DNA from: Candidatus Altimarinota bacterium
GTDB lineage: Bacteria > Patescibacteriota > Gracilibacteria > UBA1369
DNA: 64,000 bases
NCBI GenBank assembly: GCA_963677745.1
Contig: OY782391.1
Span: 384,001-448,000 of the forward strand
Direction of reading: 5' to 3'
Under the pieces are notes generated by a model. That model saw only the letters and a list, made by a program, of their open reading frames with translations, searched no databases and was not told where the DNA came from. The translations under genes and the position numbers were made by a program. Shown piece after piece: positions 9,752-20,487 of the stretch; the first letter of the stretch is position 1, and every line of letters starts with the position of its first letter.

Positions 9752-10470
9752 TAATTTCTGGCGGTAATTAAAGTCGAGTATTTTAAATCAAATTTCACTG
9801 TATTCAGCTTAGAGCCGACATCCACGCTCAGCCGGACCACAGGCTGCAGCTGATTGGCGAGATTACTCATAGAAGCGGGATTTTTCGGATCTCTTTTGGG
9901 ATAAATTTCGAACTTCAAATCATTCACTTTTAAATTGGCAAAAGAAAATTCCTGATAGCCGCCGCAGTTTTCGGCGCTGGCCGCAGTGTCTTCATAACCG
10001 CTTTCCGGCTGCCAGGAACCGTTACTGTTTCTGAATCTTTTGATACAAACCGTTTGTTTTTCCTTATTAAACTTGAGGATACTGCCGGACAAACCGTCCC
10101 GGGAAATTGTCCGTAAATTGTCACCGGAATCAATTGTCAGAGAACTGGCGTCCTCACACCTCACCAAAGCCATCTGATTAAAATCCAGATTCTGAACAAA
10201 ATTCTGGTTATAGCAAAAATAATCAATTCCCCCCTCCCTCATTTCGTTATTCACGTAATCCACAAAATTACGCAGTTCGGAATACATCAGACGCGTCTCA
10301 TTGGCAGATTTCTGGGAACGGATAATCTGCAAATAAGCATCGGTGGCAGTGACGATAAAGATCATGAAAATACTGATGGCAATCAGAAGCTCAATCAGGG
10401 TAAACCCTTTTCTGGCCTTCATCCGGACCACCCGTTCTTTTCCCCGATTTTTGGTAATGATCATTTTCAT
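9751..10470 (-). CDS. Type IV minor pilin (PilW/GspJ-like)
   Basis: Class III signal KG/FTLIELLIAISIF. Confidence 0.85.
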   Translation of the reverse strand: MKMIITKNRGKERVVRMKARKGFTLIELLIAISIFMIFIVTATDAYLQIIRSQKSANETRLMYSELRNFVDYVNNEMREGGIDYFCYNQNFVQNLDFNQMALVRCEDASSLTIDSGDNLRTISRDGLSGSILKFNKEKQTVCIKRFRNSNGSWQPESGYEDTAASAENCGGYQEFSFANLKVNDLKFEIYPKRDPKNPASMSNLANQLQPVVRLSVDVGSKLNTVKFDLKYSTLITARN

Positions 10471-11118
10471 TTATTTCCAATCGGTTAATTCCGTCGTTAA
10501 AACAACTTTTCTGGACTGACCGTTGATCCCCGACCAATAAACAATCGAATTGATCCGCAGTCCATCGGGCTCGGTAGCCCCGGGCAAAATTCTGAGCGGT
10601 TCCACCCTGATCACCCTGTGAAAACCTTCCCTCACCAGTGTTTCCTGCGAAACCGCCAGAGTCTCCAGAGATTCCTGCGGCAATTGCTGAAGAGTCACGG
10701 GCAAACAACGGGGTAAATCAACTTTATTGCATTCTGTCTGAACCTCCGGGTTATTTACCACCTTCAGAAAAGTCGGTGCGCCGCTCATCTTGTCAAAAAG
10801 CTTGGCACCCCAAACGTTGACCACCGAATTCTTGGCGGCACCGTCAAAATCCAGACCAAGCAACACATCCGAATCACGCACAAACCTGACTGCCTCCACC
10901 CCCTCCTGAGCCAACCCGTTGGCAATCAGACTGTTCATGTTATCGGAGTTGGTGCGAAGCACCACGGTCAAAACACTGACGGCACTGGTGATTACCATCG
11001 CCATCACGCTAAAAGAAATGATTACTTCGGGCAAAGTAAAAGCGGTCCGGCCGGACTGTTTTTCCGGGAAATTTTTCCAGCTATTTTTGGCGGGGAAAAT
11101 TCTCATCTGTCGAAACAT
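10471..11118 (-). CDS. Type IV minor pilin (PilV/GspI-like)
   Basis: TA/FTLPEVIISFSVM and LAQEGVEAVRFVRD; C-terminal LTTELTDWK. Confidence 0.8.
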   Translation of the reverse strand: MFRQMRIFPAKNSWKNFPEKQSGRTAFTLPEVIISFSVMAMVITSAVSVLTVVLRTNSDNMNSLIANGLAQEGVEAVRFVRDSDVLLGLDFDGAAKNSVVNVWGAKLFDKMSGAPTFLKVVNNPEVQTECNKVDLPRCLPVTLQQLPQESLETLAVSQETLVREGFHRVIRVEPLRILPGATEPDGLRINSIVYWSGINGQSRKVVLTTELTDWK

Positions 11119-11132
11119 AATTTTATCCCTTA

Positions 11133-11141
11133 ATTATACCA
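11133..11141 (-). promoter_or_regulatory. Extended -10 promoter upstream of the pilV-like gene
   Basis: Minus strand TG-G-TATAAT, 14 nt before the ATG. Confidence 0.55.
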
Positions 11142-11166
11142 AAAAATCGGCTTTTTTGAAAGGCCG
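11141..11166 (-). terminator. Possible weak intrinsic terminator after the fimT-like pilin
   Basis: Minus strand CGGCCTTTCAAAAAAGCCG then ATTTTTT. Confidence 0.35.
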
Positions 11167-11192
11167 TCCCAAACTTTTCCCGGGTGACTTTG

Positions 11193-11813
11193 TCAGATTC
11201 TCTTTACCTCACCGGTAGCCAGATCGAAAATCACCGCCCGGCTATATTCCGGGCTATCCACATCCTGTACTGTCATCTGTAGTTTTTGGCTTTGTACAGC
11301 GACCAACTGACCACCGCCCTGCTCCAGGATTTGAGCGAAAGGAGGTTTGAAATAGTATGTTTTTTCGCCGCCGTCTCCGACAATTATCACTTTTTCGTTA
11401 AAAACCTCGCTTTTTCTGAGATTTTCATCTCCAACCGTCTGACAGGAATCAACCGTGTCACCCTGTACGGCAAGATAATCACCTTGTCCGAAATACAAAC
11501 CGGCAGTTACCCCCGTACCGGTCACAATTTTAACCACATAACACTGAAGTACCTGCTGACCGCCGGAATCGGTGCTTCTTTGGCCGCTTCTAGCCATCAC
11601 CTGGGCCTCCCGTATCGTTGACACCAGAGTGTCTGTGGCAAACTCCACACGAGCCTGCTGTTCCACCCCTATATAATTACCCACCGCCAGCACCGTCAAC
11701 ATGCCGATTATGGAAATTACTATCAAAAGTTCCACCAGCGTAAATCCTTTGCGCGCTCTGCCTTGAAGCCTCTTCCCCGCCCCTCCCAAAATGTCGGAGC
11801 CGCTTTGCTTCAT
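11193..11813 (-). CDS. Type IV pilin (FimT/GspH-like)
   Basis: KG/FTLVELLIVISIIG class III signal; LVSTIREAQVMARSG. Confidence 0.85.
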   Translation of the reverse strand: MKQSGSDILGGAGKRLQGRARKGFTLVELLIVISIIGMLTVLAVGNYIGVEQQARVEFATDTLVSTIREAQVMARSGQRSTDSGGQQVLQCYVVKIVTGTGVTAGLYFGQGDYLAVQGDTVDSCQTVGDENLRKSEVFNEKVIIVGDGGEKTYYFKPPFAQILEQGGGQLVAVQSQKLQMTVQDVDSPEYSRAVIFDLATGEVKRI

Positions 11814-11817
11814 GTAT

Positions 11818-13008
11818 TTATACTAAGGAAGACAGTTTGAACACCGGAGAAAGAATGGCCAGCGCCAGAAGCGCCACAGTTACACCGACCAGGACAATTA
11901 TAATCGGTTCGAAAAGACTTGTAAGACGCTTCAAACTATTATCTATCTCCTGATCATAGTGATCGGCGATCTTCTCGGAAATTTTTCCGATGGAAGCCGT
12001 CTGCTCACCCACGGAAAGCATTTGGGTAATGGTTTCGGGAAACAGAAAGGGCGAGTCCATCAAAGCTGCCGAGATTTTCTCCCCGTTTTTGACCTTGGCT
12101 ATGACTTCCCAGGTTTTGAGGGAATACATCTGCGAAGCCAGACTCTGGGCAATGATTTCCAGAGTTTGGATTACCGGCAAACCGGCCTCGATCAGAATTC
12201 CCAGATTGGAGACAAACTGACGGGCATAAACCTTTCTCAGCAGCACTCCAATCACGGGCATTTTAAGTTTCATAATATCCCATTGATAAGCGCCGTTCTC
12301 GGATTCCGACCAGATCTTCAGCAAGAAATAAAGAACGAATGCTCCAACAATTATCGCCCACCAGTAACCGGTCAGAAAATGGGAAATACTGATCAGTACT
12401 TTGGTCATCACAGGCATATCGCTTTCCTTCATTCCCCCCTCCATCAGCATACTGACCAGCGAGGGAATTACAAAAGTCATCATGCCGGCCGCGGCAATCA
12501 CCAACACGCCCAGAATGGCCAGCGGATAAATGGAAGCAGTGATCAGCTTCAGCTGCAGGGCATTGGATTTTTCCAGCTGGGCCGAAAGTTTGAATAGCAT
12601 CTTATCCAGATTACCGGCTGCTTCGCCGGATCTGACAATACCAATCTCCATTTCCCCGAAAACATCTGAAAACCGTGATATGGCATTGGAGAAATTGCTG
12701 CCCTGCCGGAGATTGTAGGAAATCGTATTCAAAATCCTGGAAAAACGGATACTTTCCGACCGGTTGGCCAGAATATCAATTGCAGCAATCAGCGGGATAC
12801 CCGCATCAATCATCACCGCCAGCAGATGGAAAAAATAGACTTTTTCCTGCAAACTGATCTTACTGTGATCAATCAGGAAATCTTCCAGTCTGGTCAGCAT
12901 TCCCTCCCTGGAATTATCATAAGTACCATAGACCACCGACCGTCGCGGGTCGGCTTTTTTGGGATTCTTCAGTAGTTCGTTCAGTTTTTTATCCTGATGT
13001 TCCTCCAT
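11818..13008 (-). CDS. pilC: Type IV pilus platform protein, T2SS F family
   Basis: Two GspF repeats (LAVMIDAGIPL; GEAAGNLD; YP; VGEQTAS; EPIII), three TM segments. Confidence 0.92.
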   Translation of the reverse strand: MEEHQDKKLNELLKNPKKADPRRSVVYGTYDNSREGMLTRLEDFLIDHSKISLQEKVYFFHLLAVMIDAGIPLIAAIDILANRSESIRFSRILNTISYNLRQGSNFSNAISRFSDVFGEMEIGIVRSGEAAGNLDKMLFKLSAQLEKSNALQLKLITASIYPLAILGVLVIAAAGMMTFVIPSLVSMLMEGGMKESDMPVMTKVLISISHFLTGYWWAIIVGAFVLYFLLKIWSESENGAYQWDIMKLKMPVIGVLLRKVYARQFVSNLGILIEAGLPVIQTLEIIAQSLASQMYSLKTWEVIAKVKNGEKISAALMDSPFLFPETITQMLSVGEQTASIGKISEKIADHYDQEIDNSLKRLTSLFEPIIIVLVGVTVALLALAILSPVFKLSSLV

Positions 13009-13017
13009 ATTGTTTTT

Positions 13018-13566
13018 TTAGAGTCCTTTTTGAAAATAGGTTTCCATACTGATGCTGAAATTCACTCTTTCCAGCCCTTCGGTTTCGCCAAACTGAACCG
13101 TAATGTTCTTTACCACCAGTTTGCGGGCACTGTTTTCCAGTCCCTTGAGAAGTCTGAGCAAATCTGACTTGTTACCGGTCAAACTTAGACTGATGGTTCC
13201 TTTTTTGACCTCTCCGGCAACTCCCGCGGACGTGGCGGCGGAAAAGCTGATACTTCCAATATTCACATCATTTTTTCTGGCAATATCCGCCAATAAAATT
13301 ATCAGCTTATCCTGTTCAAAACGTTCGGGAATAGCCGCCAAAACCGTTTGCTGCTGAACCTCCCCGGCACCGGCCAGGTTGGCCTGGGCATCCTGTAAAG
13401 ATTTCAACTGATCTTCCGCCAGTTTCTTTTCTTCCGCCCGTGCCCTTTCGGTCACTTTCAAGGCGTTGGTGACATCCCAGGTTGGCTTAAACCAGAACAT
13501 CCCGACTCCCACCAGGGCTACCAGCAGAATCAAACTTATCAGAGAAGATGTTTTATTGCTTTTCAT
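13018..13566 (-). CDS. pilO: PilO-like pilus alignment protein
   Basis: N-terminal TM, coiled coil, AAIP..., LLRLLKGLENSARKLVV; position upstream of pilC. Confidence 0.75.
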   Translation of the reverse strand: MKSNKTSSLISLILLVALVGVGMFWFKPTWDVTNALKVTERARAEEKKLAEDQLKSLQDAQANLAGAGEVQQQTVLAAIPERFEQDKLIILLADIARKNDVNIGSISFSAATSAGVAGEVKKGTISLSLTGNKSDLLRLLKGLENSARKLVVKNITVQFGETEGLERVNFSISMETYFQKGL

Positions 13567-13571
13567 ATATT

Positions 13572-14255
13572 CTAATTATTTCTTGGAACTTTAATGGTAT
13601 CGGTAGTTTTAGGCACCGCGACTTTTGCGGCCGTATCAGTACCGACAGTATTTATCTGCAGCGAATCCGATCCGGTTTCCGGCTTACGGTAATCGGTGCT
13701 CAGAATAAAACTTAGCGTGATTTCTCCATTATCGGTGGTTGACTTGGCAATGGATGGAACATAGGCATCCTTGAAAAAGATGCTGTTGTTGAAAGTGGAC
13801 AAAATTCTGGCTACTTCTTCAAAAGGAGGCAGGGCCGCAGGCAGCGAAACCATATTGAGTGAAATTTTTCCCAGACCCGTACCGGAATATGACAGAACTG
13901 TGACGGTTGGATTTCCTGTGGAATCCTGCGGTATCAATTTATCAATCTCCGAAATCACTTCGGACCAGCGGATTTCCTCAGTCTCAATTTTTTTAATGGC
14001 GTCGGAAGCGTTTTGACTGATCTCCACCTTGTTACTCTTGATCGTATCAATCTGGGTTTGGATATCCCGGGTCTGTTGTTCCATTTCAGTGGTACTGGCC
14101 AGTATTCTCCCTTTGTCAAAACTCAGAAATACTCCATAGAGTACTAACCCCAGTACCAGAAATAGCAGAATATAGTTAAGCGGGCCGCTTCCGACCAGTT
14201 TTTTATTGACCTGGCTTTCAGCATCCGCTGCACTCTGATTGGACTTAATTGCCAT
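13572..14255 (-). CDS. PilN-like pilus alignment protein
   Basis: TM, coiled coil, IRWSEVISEIDKLIP; adjacent to pilO. Confidence 0.7.
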   Translation of the reverse strand: MAIKSNQSAADAESQVNKKLVGSGPLNYILLFLVLGLVLYGVFLSFDKGRILASTTEMEQQTRDIQTQIDTIKSNKVEISQNASDAIKKIETEEIRWSEVISEIDKLIPQDSTGNPTVTVLSYSGTGLGKISLNMVSLPAALPPFEEVARILSTFNNSIFFKDAYVPSIAKSTTDNGEITLSFILSTDYRKPETGSDSLQINTVGTDTAAKVAVPKTTDTIKVPRNN

Positions 14256-14477
14256 AGTTGCCTTTTATTAAATTTGATCTTAATATTTTACCACAATTTT
14301 AGCTCATTCGCAAAGCCTAACCACCTAATCCCCGCTTTCCTTTTCCGTGAATTAAACTTGGTTTCAACAGAAAACACAGCGATTTCAACAAAACCAAGAG
14401 CACCACATTGAATACCACTCACAAATTTGCTATCTTTTTGCTACACTTTTTGTGAATGGTTTAAATACTCCTTCCAA

Positions 14478-14771
14478 ATGCCAAAACAACAGCAATTAAA
14501 CATACGCCTTGATCAGGAACTGTACAAAACAGCCCGGAATAAGTGTAAAACTCAACTGGGAATAGGTTTAAGTCCCCTCATTAAAATTTTTCTTAAATCT
14601 TTCGTTACCCAGCCCGGAGTTGGATTCTATGTAGGGGATCAAAATTTATGTGAATTATTTACACGCTGGTTAATAAAGAAAAAGCTGGAAATCGGAAGAA
14701 AAGGCTGTGCTCCTTTGCCCGGCCCCCACCTAAGAGATCTGTATGATCTTTCACCGGGGAAAAAGACATGA
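14478..14771 (+). CDS. Small ribbon-helix-helix-like (RelB/DinJ-like) protein
   Basis: Start reassigned to ATG 14478; QLNIRLDQELY...LGIGLSPLIKIFL resembles an RHH fold. Confidence 0.55.
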   Translation: MPKQQQLNIRLDQELYKTARNKCKTQLGIGLSPLIKIFLKSFVTQPGVGFYVGDQNLCELFTRWLIKKKLEIGRKGCAPLPGPHLRDLYDLSPGKKT

Positions 14772-15091
14772 CCAAAACCAAGAAAATCAACCAGTCCTTT
14801 AACTGCCTGCATTGCGGACAATCCAACCCGCCCGCTCTCCGCACCTGCCGCAATCACTGCCGGGAATGCCTTTATAGCCTGCATGTTGATCTGGAAATAC
14901 CCGGAGATCGCGCTTCCCTTTGCCATGGACTTCTGGAACCGGTGGGACTTGAACAAAACAGCAAAAAAGGCTTTATCATTCTGCATAAATGTCTAAAATG
15001 TGGTTATAAAAACCGTAATTTAACCGCCGACGACGACAATTCCGATGCCCTCATTAAACTCTCTCAACAGCAAAATCTCAGCCAGACTTGA
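14768..15091 (+). CDS. RNHCP-domain protein
   Basis: FNCLHCG, RNHCRECLYSLHVD..PGDRAS.C.G, HKCLKCG, DD. Confidence 0.9.
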   Translation: MTKTKKINQSFNCLHCGQSNPPALRTCRNHCRECLYSLHVDLEIPGDRASLCHGLLEPVGLEQNSKKGFIILHKCLKCGYKNRNLTADDDNSDALIKLSQQQNLSQT

Positions 15092-16046
15092 AACCGGTGA
15101 TGCGGTGATTATCGGCCTGTCCGGAGGACCCGACTCGGTATTCCTGTTTCATCAGTTGCGACTATCCCCCCTTCGGCTGAAACTGACGGCCTGCCATGTC
15201 AATTATCATTTGAGGGGAAAAGACAGCGATCTGGACCGGCAATTTGTAGAATTATTATGCCAAAAACACCGAATCCCCCTGGAAATTCTGGAGGCGGGGA
15301 AATTAACGGAAAAAGGCAATCTGGAAAATAACTGCCGCCAGCTCCGTTACCGCTTTTTTGAAAAAATCCGCCGGCAAAAGCAGGCCAAAATGATCCTGGT
15401 GGCGCATCAACTGGATGATCAGATCGAAACTTTTCTATTGAATCTGACCCGAGGCAGTTCCTTCCGGGGAATCACCGCCATGCGTGAATATGATCCCGAC
15501 CGGAAACTGTTCCGTCCCCTGCTGGATCGGTCCAAAAAAGATATTCTTGCCTGGCTGAAAAAACACCGGTTTAAATTCCGCCTTGACCGGAGCAATCTTT
15601 CCGACCGTTTTTCCCGCAACCGCATCCGGCTGAAAATTCTTCCGGAACTGGCACATCTGAACAGCAATTTTCTGGTCACCGTAGGACAGTCTTTAAACGA
15701 ATTGGCGGAACAGCTGGACTGGATTGATCTGCTGGCCGACAAATGGCTTTCCGACAACCTCCTAAAGCCAAAGCCGGTTACTTCCAAAAACCCGGTAATC
15801 GGACTTTTCCGGCTCGATATTTTTCTTCTGGAAAAACCGGTTTTTCAAAAAATATTATTGCAAAAAATGTTCCGGAATATTTATAAAAAATCCCTGACCC
15901 GTCATTCACTCGCTGAGATTCTGACCACACTTCGCAAAAACCGTGCGGGACTGAAAAAAGAATTCGGACAGGCCACTTTCCTGAAAATAATCAAAGAAGG
16001 CAAAAACGGCAAAAGAGAAGTTGTGATAGAGCCCAAACTCCATTAA
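15045..16046 (+). CDS. tilS: tRNA(Ile)-lysidine synthetase (short form)
   Basis: SGGPDS PP-loop, HVNYHLRG, AHQLDDQIET, RPLL, RNRIR; precedes ftsH. Confidence 0.95.
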   Translation: MPSLNSLNSKISARLETGDAVIIGLSGGPDSVFLFHQLRLSPLRLKLTACHVNYHLRGKDSDLDRQFVELLCQKHRIPLEILEAGKLTEKGNLENNCRQLRYRFFEKIRRQKQAKMILVAHQLDDQIETFLLNLTRGSSFRGITAMREYDPDRKLFRPLLDRSKKDILAWLKKHRFKFRLDRSNLSDRFSRNRIRLKILPELAHLNSNFLVTVGQSLNELAEQLDWIDLLADKWLSDNLLKPKPVTSKNPVIGLFRLDIFLLEKPVFQKILLQKMFRNIYKKSLTRHSLAEILTTLRKNRAGLKKEFGQATFLKIIKEGKNGKREVVIEPKLH

Positions 16047-16081
16047 AATATCCGAGCCACCATACTAAAATAAATTAATAC

Positions 16082-17998
16082 ATGCCAATCGCTCAAAGTT
16101 CGGGACAAAAACCGGGATCCAATAATTTTCTGGCTCTGATAGCCATTATTCTAGCCATATCCGCCCTGGCGGTCATCTGGAACGGAGGCAGCACCGTCAG
16201 CAAGAAAATCACTCTCAACCAGTTTATCGAAGAAGTTCAAAACGGCGACGTGGCGAAGATTTCACTGGACTCCGAATCAGACCGGATCAATATCACCAAG
16301 GTCGACGGTTCACAGGCCTATACTTATAAAGAAGCATCAGCCACCCTGGATGAAATACTGGCAAAAGTACCGGAAGATGTAAAAAAAGACATTGAAACGG
16401 ATATCCAGCCCATCTCCAATAACGGTTTCTGGCTGACTCTGCTAATCAATGTGGTCCCGATCCTGTTGATCGTCGGATTCTTCATGTTCATGATGAGACA
16501 GGCCCAGAGCAGCAATAACCAGGCCATGTCATTCGGTAAAAGCAAAGCCAAACTTTTTGACGGCGCCAAGAAAAAAACCATGTTTGGAGACGTCGCCGGG
16601 GCCGAGGAAGCCAAGCAGGAACTGGTGGAAATTGTCGACTTTTTAAAAAGCCCCTCCAAATATTCCCAGATGGGCGCCAAAATACCCAAAGGCGTATTGC
16701 TGGTCGGCCCGCCCGGAACCGGTAAAACCTTGCTGGCCAGAGCCGTAGCCGGAGAGGCCAATGTGCCGTTTTTCAGCATCGCCGGTTCGGAATTCGTAGA
16801 GATGTTCGTGGGTGTCGGTGCATCGCGGGTACGCGATCTTTTCCGCAAAGCCCAGAAAAACGCCCCCTGCATTATATTTATAGATGAAATCGATGCCGTC
16901 GGACGGCAAAGAGGCACGGGACTGGGTGGCGGCCATGACGAACGCGAACAGACCCTCAACCAGATCCTCACCGAAATGGACGGCTTTGAAAACGATACCG
17001 GTGTGATCGTCATGGCCGCCACCAACCGGCCCGACGTACTGGATCCGGCCCTGCTCCGCCCGGGACGTTTCGACCGCCGCGTGATTATCGACCTGCCCGA
17101 CCTCAAAGACCGTGAAGCCATCCTGAAAGTCCATGGCCGCAACAAACCCATCGAAAAAGAGATCAACATCACCACCATCGCCCAGCACACGCCCGGCTTC
17201 TCCGGCGCCGATCTGGAAAACGTCATGAATGAGGCGGCCATTCTGGCCGCCAAGGAGGATCGCAAACAAATCACCCAGGACGACCTCCAGGAATCGGTGG
17301 AAAAAGTAATGATGGGACCGGAAAGAAAATCCCGCGCCCTTTCCGACAAAGAACGGGAAATCACAGCCTATCATGAAATCGGCCATGCTTTGGTCGGCCA
17401 TTCCACCAAAAATTGCGACCCCGTCCACAAGATCTCCATCATCTCCCGCGGCATGGCGCTGGGCGTCACCTGGTTTCTGCCCGAGGACGACAAACATCTT
17501 TACACCCGCTCCAAGTTTTTTGACGAAATATGTTCGCTGTTCGGCGGCTACTGCGCCGAAATTGAATTCTTCGGGGAAATGAGTACGGGAGCTTCCAACG
17601 ATCTGGAAAAAGCCACAGCCATCGCCACCAACATGGTCACCAGATACGGCATGAGTCCGCTGGGACCGGTCAGTCTGGGTGAACATCACCAGGAAATCTT
17701 CCTGGGCCGTGATTTCGGACACGTGAAAAATTATTCCGAGGAAACCGCCAAAAAAGTTGATGAAGAAATTAAAGCTCTGCTCGACCAGGGACGTAATTTC
17801 GCCGCCGACACCATCCGTAACAACAAAGACCTGATCAGAAAAATTGCCGGGGAGTTGCTCAAAAAAGAAACTCTCAGCCGCCCTGAATTTCTGGAATTTT
17901 TCGGAGAAACGGAAGAACAGGACGACCAAAAACGCGACATCCCCAAAAGCGCCAAAAAAAGAAAACCAAAAAAAGTTAACCTGCAGCTCCCGGCCTAG
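16082..17998 (+). CDS. ftsH: ATP-dependent zinc metalloprotease FtsH
   Basis: Two TMs, [33 protein letters not shown]. Confidence 0.98.
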   Translation: MPIAQSSGQKPGSNNFLALIAIILAISALAVIWNGGSTVSKKITLNQFIEEVQNGDVAKISLDSESDRINITKVDGSQAYTYKEASATLDEILAKVPEDVKKDIETDIQPISNNGFWLTLLINVVPILLIVGFFMFMMRQAQSSNNQAMSFGKSKAKLFDGAKKKTMFGDVAGAEEAKQELVEIVDFLKSPSKYSQMGAKIPKGVLLVGPPGTGKTLLARAVAGEANVPFFSIAGSEFVEMFVGVGASRVRDLFRKAQKNAPCIIFIDEIDAVGRQRGTGLGGGHDEREQTLNQILTEMDGFENDTGVIVMAATNRPDVLDPALLRPGRFDRRVIIDLPDLKDREAILKVHGRNKPIEKEINITTIAQHTPGFSGADLENVMNEAAILAAKEDRKQITQDDLQESVEKVMMGPERKSRALSDKEREITAYHEIGHALVGHSTKNCDPVHKISIISRGMALGVTWFLPEDDKHLYTRSKFFDEICSLFGGYCAEIEFFGEMSTGASNDLEKATAIATNMVTRYGMSPLGPVSLGEHHQEIFLGRDFGHVKNYSEETAKKVDEEIKALLDQGRNFAADTIRNNKDLIRKIAGELLKKETLSRPEFLEFFGETEEQDDQKRDIPKSAKKRKPKKVNLQLPA

Positions 17999-18037
17999 GA
18001 ACTGCACCAATGTTTAGTAAAATTTTCAACATCTCCC

Positions 18038-18463
18038 ATGACCAAAGACCATGACAAACAGGACAAAAAAACAGTCAAAAAAGTCAGTCTGAAGGAGGCT
18101 GAACAAAAGATCGATGTTGCCGAAAAAGAAATCGGCCAGCTCTCGGTCGATGTCTACGAATCGCCGGCCGAGTTGATTATTCTGGCTCCGATTGCGGGCG
18201 TAAAACTGTCCGACATCAACATCAGCCTGACCGATGATATCCTGACCATCAGCGGCCAACGCAACCTGGAATTCCAAAGCACCGGCGACGACTACCTGAT
18301 CCAGGAATGTTTCTGGGGCGAATTTTCACGCTCAATCGTCCTGCCCGACAATATTGACCAGAGCCGCATCGGCGCCAGTTTTAAAGACGGCATTCTGAAA
18401 ATTTCCATACCCAAAACCCCCGGCAATAACCGGACCAAACTGATTCGCATCAAAAATGATTAA
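18038..18463 (+). CDS. Hsp20/alpha-crystallin small heat-shock protein
   Basis: VDVYE, WGEFSRSIVLP, ASFKDGILKISIPK. Confidence 0.93.
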   Translation: MTKDHDKQDKKTVKKVSLKEAEQKIDVAEKEIGQLSVDVYESPAELIILAPIAGVKLSDINISLTDDILTISGQRNLEFQSTGDDYLIQECFWGEFSRSIVLPDNIDQSRIGASFKDGILKISIPKTPGNNRTKLIRIKND

Positions 18464-19352
18464 ACCAGTTACCAAAGCCATTTTCCCGGTAGCCGGATTC
18501 GGCACCCGTTTTCTGCCCGCCACCAAAGCCCAGCCCAAGGAAATGCTGCCGATCGTGGACAAACCGGTGATCCAGTATCTGGTGGAAGAAGCGGTAGCCG
18601 CCGGTATCACTGATATCATCATGGTAACCGGCCGTGGCAAACGCGCCATCGAAGACCATTTCGACACCAGTTTCGAACTTGAACACACACTGGTGGAAAA
18701 AGATAAACATGCCCTGCTGGAAGAAATCCGCAATATTTCCAAACTGGCCAATTTCGTTTATGTACGACAGCCCAAACCGCTGGGCGACGGACACGCCATT
18801 CTCTGCGCGCGCAACCTGATCGGCGACGAACCGTGCGCCATTCTGTTCGGTGACGATATAATAGACGGCAAGGTCCCGGCCATTAAACAGCTGATCGATG
18901 TCTACAATGAAACCGGCTGTTCGGTGATCGGCGTCAAGGAAGTCCCCAAAGCCGAGATCTCCAGCTACGGAGTGGTAGGTGGAACCGCAGTCAAATCCGG
19001 CAGTAAAAACCATTCCATATATCACGGCCTCTATGAGGTAAACCGGCTGGTGGAAAAACCCAAACCGGAAAAAGCTCCTTCCAATCTGGCCATCATCGGA
19101 AAATACATTATCACTCCCGATGTTTTCGACTGCATTGAAAAAGGCGGGCGCAGTGCCGGCGGCGAACAAAGACTGATTGACGGCTTTGAAGTACTTTTAA
19201 AAAATGAAAGAATTTTTGCCAAAACTTTGGAAGGACGCCGCTACGACACCGGCCAAAAAATAGGACTGATAACGGCCAACATTGACTTTGCCCTCAAACG
19301 CAAAGACCTGGGCCCGGAACTCAGAAAATATCTGAAATCTCTGGAGCTATAG
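18456..19352 (+). CDS. galU: UTP--glucose-1-phosphate uridylyltransferase
   Basis: AGFGTRFLPATKAQPKEMLPIVDKP, VEKP. Confidence 0.96.
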   Translation: MIKPVTKAIFPVAGFGTRFLPATKAQPKEMLPIVDKPVIQYLVEEAVAAGITDIIMVTGRGKRAIEDHFDTSFELEHTLVEKDKHALLEEIRNISKLANFVYVRQPKPLGDGHAILCARNLIGDEPCAILFGDDIIDGKVPAIKQLIDVYNETGCSVIGVKEVPKAEISSYGVVGGTAVKSGSKNHSIYHGLYEVNRLVEKPKPEKAPSNLAIIGKYIITPDVFDCIEKGGRSAGGEQRLIDGFEVLLKNERIFAKTLEGRRYDTGQKIGLITANIDFALKRKDLGPELRKYLKSLEL

Positions 19353-19682
19353 ATCGATCCCCTGTTCCTTTTTGGAAAATTCCATAACTTCCCTGCCCTC
19401 TCTTTCCACTACTATATAGGGCAAATCACATTGCACCAGACTGATTGCCTGGGGCTCTCCTTCCAGCTCTTCTGCAAACACCACCGCATACAATTCAATC
19501 ACATGAAGGTTCTGATCCCGTTCTGTCACAAACCCCACTACCGTACCATCAGGACTCAAATCACCAATCTTTAAAAATCTTTCCGATTCACTAATCTGCC
19601 CCGCCAGAACATTTGGATCAATTGTCAGTTCAAGTCTTGACAAAGCCTCGTTTAAAAAGGGATTTTCGCTTAAAAGAGCCAT
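19347..19682 (-). CDS. Acidic hypothetical protein (111 aa)
   Basis: Only sensible ORF in the gap; AT-rich leader with TTGACA upstream. Confidence 0.6.
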   Translation of the reverse strand: MALLSENPFLNEALSRLELTIDPNVLAGQISESERFLKIGDLSPDGTVVGFVTERDQNLHVIELYAVVFAEELEGEPQAISLVQCDLPYIVVEREGREVMEFSKKEQGIDL

Positions 19683-19795
19683 ATTTTTAATATTTATTTT
19701 CTTTGGAATTTAAGTAAATCACGATGCCAAACAGATTGTCAAAATATTTTCCAAAATGAGCAACTGATGGTTTGAAGAAAATGACCCTGTAAGCA

Positions 19796-19824
19796 TTGAA
19801 GAAACATGGAAATTTTGCTATGAT
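19796..19824 (+). promoter_or_regulatory. Sigma70 promoter for the TPR gene
   Basis: TTGAAG-17-TATGAT with extended -10 TG. Confidence 0.55.
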
Positions 19825-19854
19825 ATGAAGATTTACAAAAATACAAAAAACAAA

Positions 19855-20463
19855 ATGTCCAGAGAACCCCAAGAATTTGATTACCTTCTAGCCGAATCGG
19901 AACGTCTGAAAATGGCCGGTGAACACCTCGAAGCCATCCGGATTTGCGAAAAAGTCCTCGCCCAGGATTTGGATTCCCAACTGGCTTACGAAGAAATCGG
20001 CGATAACTTTCTCAGCATGAGGGAATATGAGAAAGCGGAAAAAGCTTTGATTCAGGCACTTCGTCTCAACCCCACCTCGGCCAACGCCCACTATCTGATC
20101 GGTTTTGCCCATTCCGCTATCGGCAACTGGCAGGATTCAATCGAACATCTGGAAACCGCCGATAAAATTCAACCAAATCATCCGGAAATTCTGCGCTGTC
20201 TGGGCTGGTCAATTTTTCATTCCGGCGAGAAAAAACAGGGACTGGTTATTTTGGAAAGAGCCCTCAACCTCAGCCCCAGAGATCCGCTGGTCTTAAGCGA
20301 CCTGGGCATCTGTTACCTGAATGACAAGGACTTCGACAAAGCCAATGACCTGTTCCGCAAGGTTCTGGAAATCGAACCGGATAATGAGAAAGTCAAAGAA
20401 TGTCTCTATGCGGTAAAGTTCTTCAAAAGCGAATTCAAAAAGTTTCGGGAATCAAAGAAATAA
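19855..20463 (+). CDS. Tetratricopeptide repeat protein
   Basis: Repeated ALxLxP / LG helical pairs; start moved to 19855 because the promoter abuts 19825. Confidence 0.88.
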   Translation: MSREPQEFDYLLAESERLKMAGEHLEAIRICEKVLAQDLDSQLAYEEIGDNFLSMREYEKAEKALIQALRLNPTSANAHYLIGFAHSAIGNWQDSIEHLETADKIQPNHPEILRCLGWSIFHSGEKKQGLVILERALNLSPRDPLVLSDLGICYLNDKDFDKANDLFRKVLEIEPDNEKVKECLYAVKFFKSEFKKFRESKK

Positions 20464-20487
20464 CCGGATCCCCTCTCTGATATCGGT

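Noticed and set aside
16324-19169. Long antisense ORFs (346, 455, 239 aa) opposite ftsH and galU; similar ones opposite metG, secA and gap
   Set aside because: Shadow frames of codon-biased conserved genes, with no recognisable motifs
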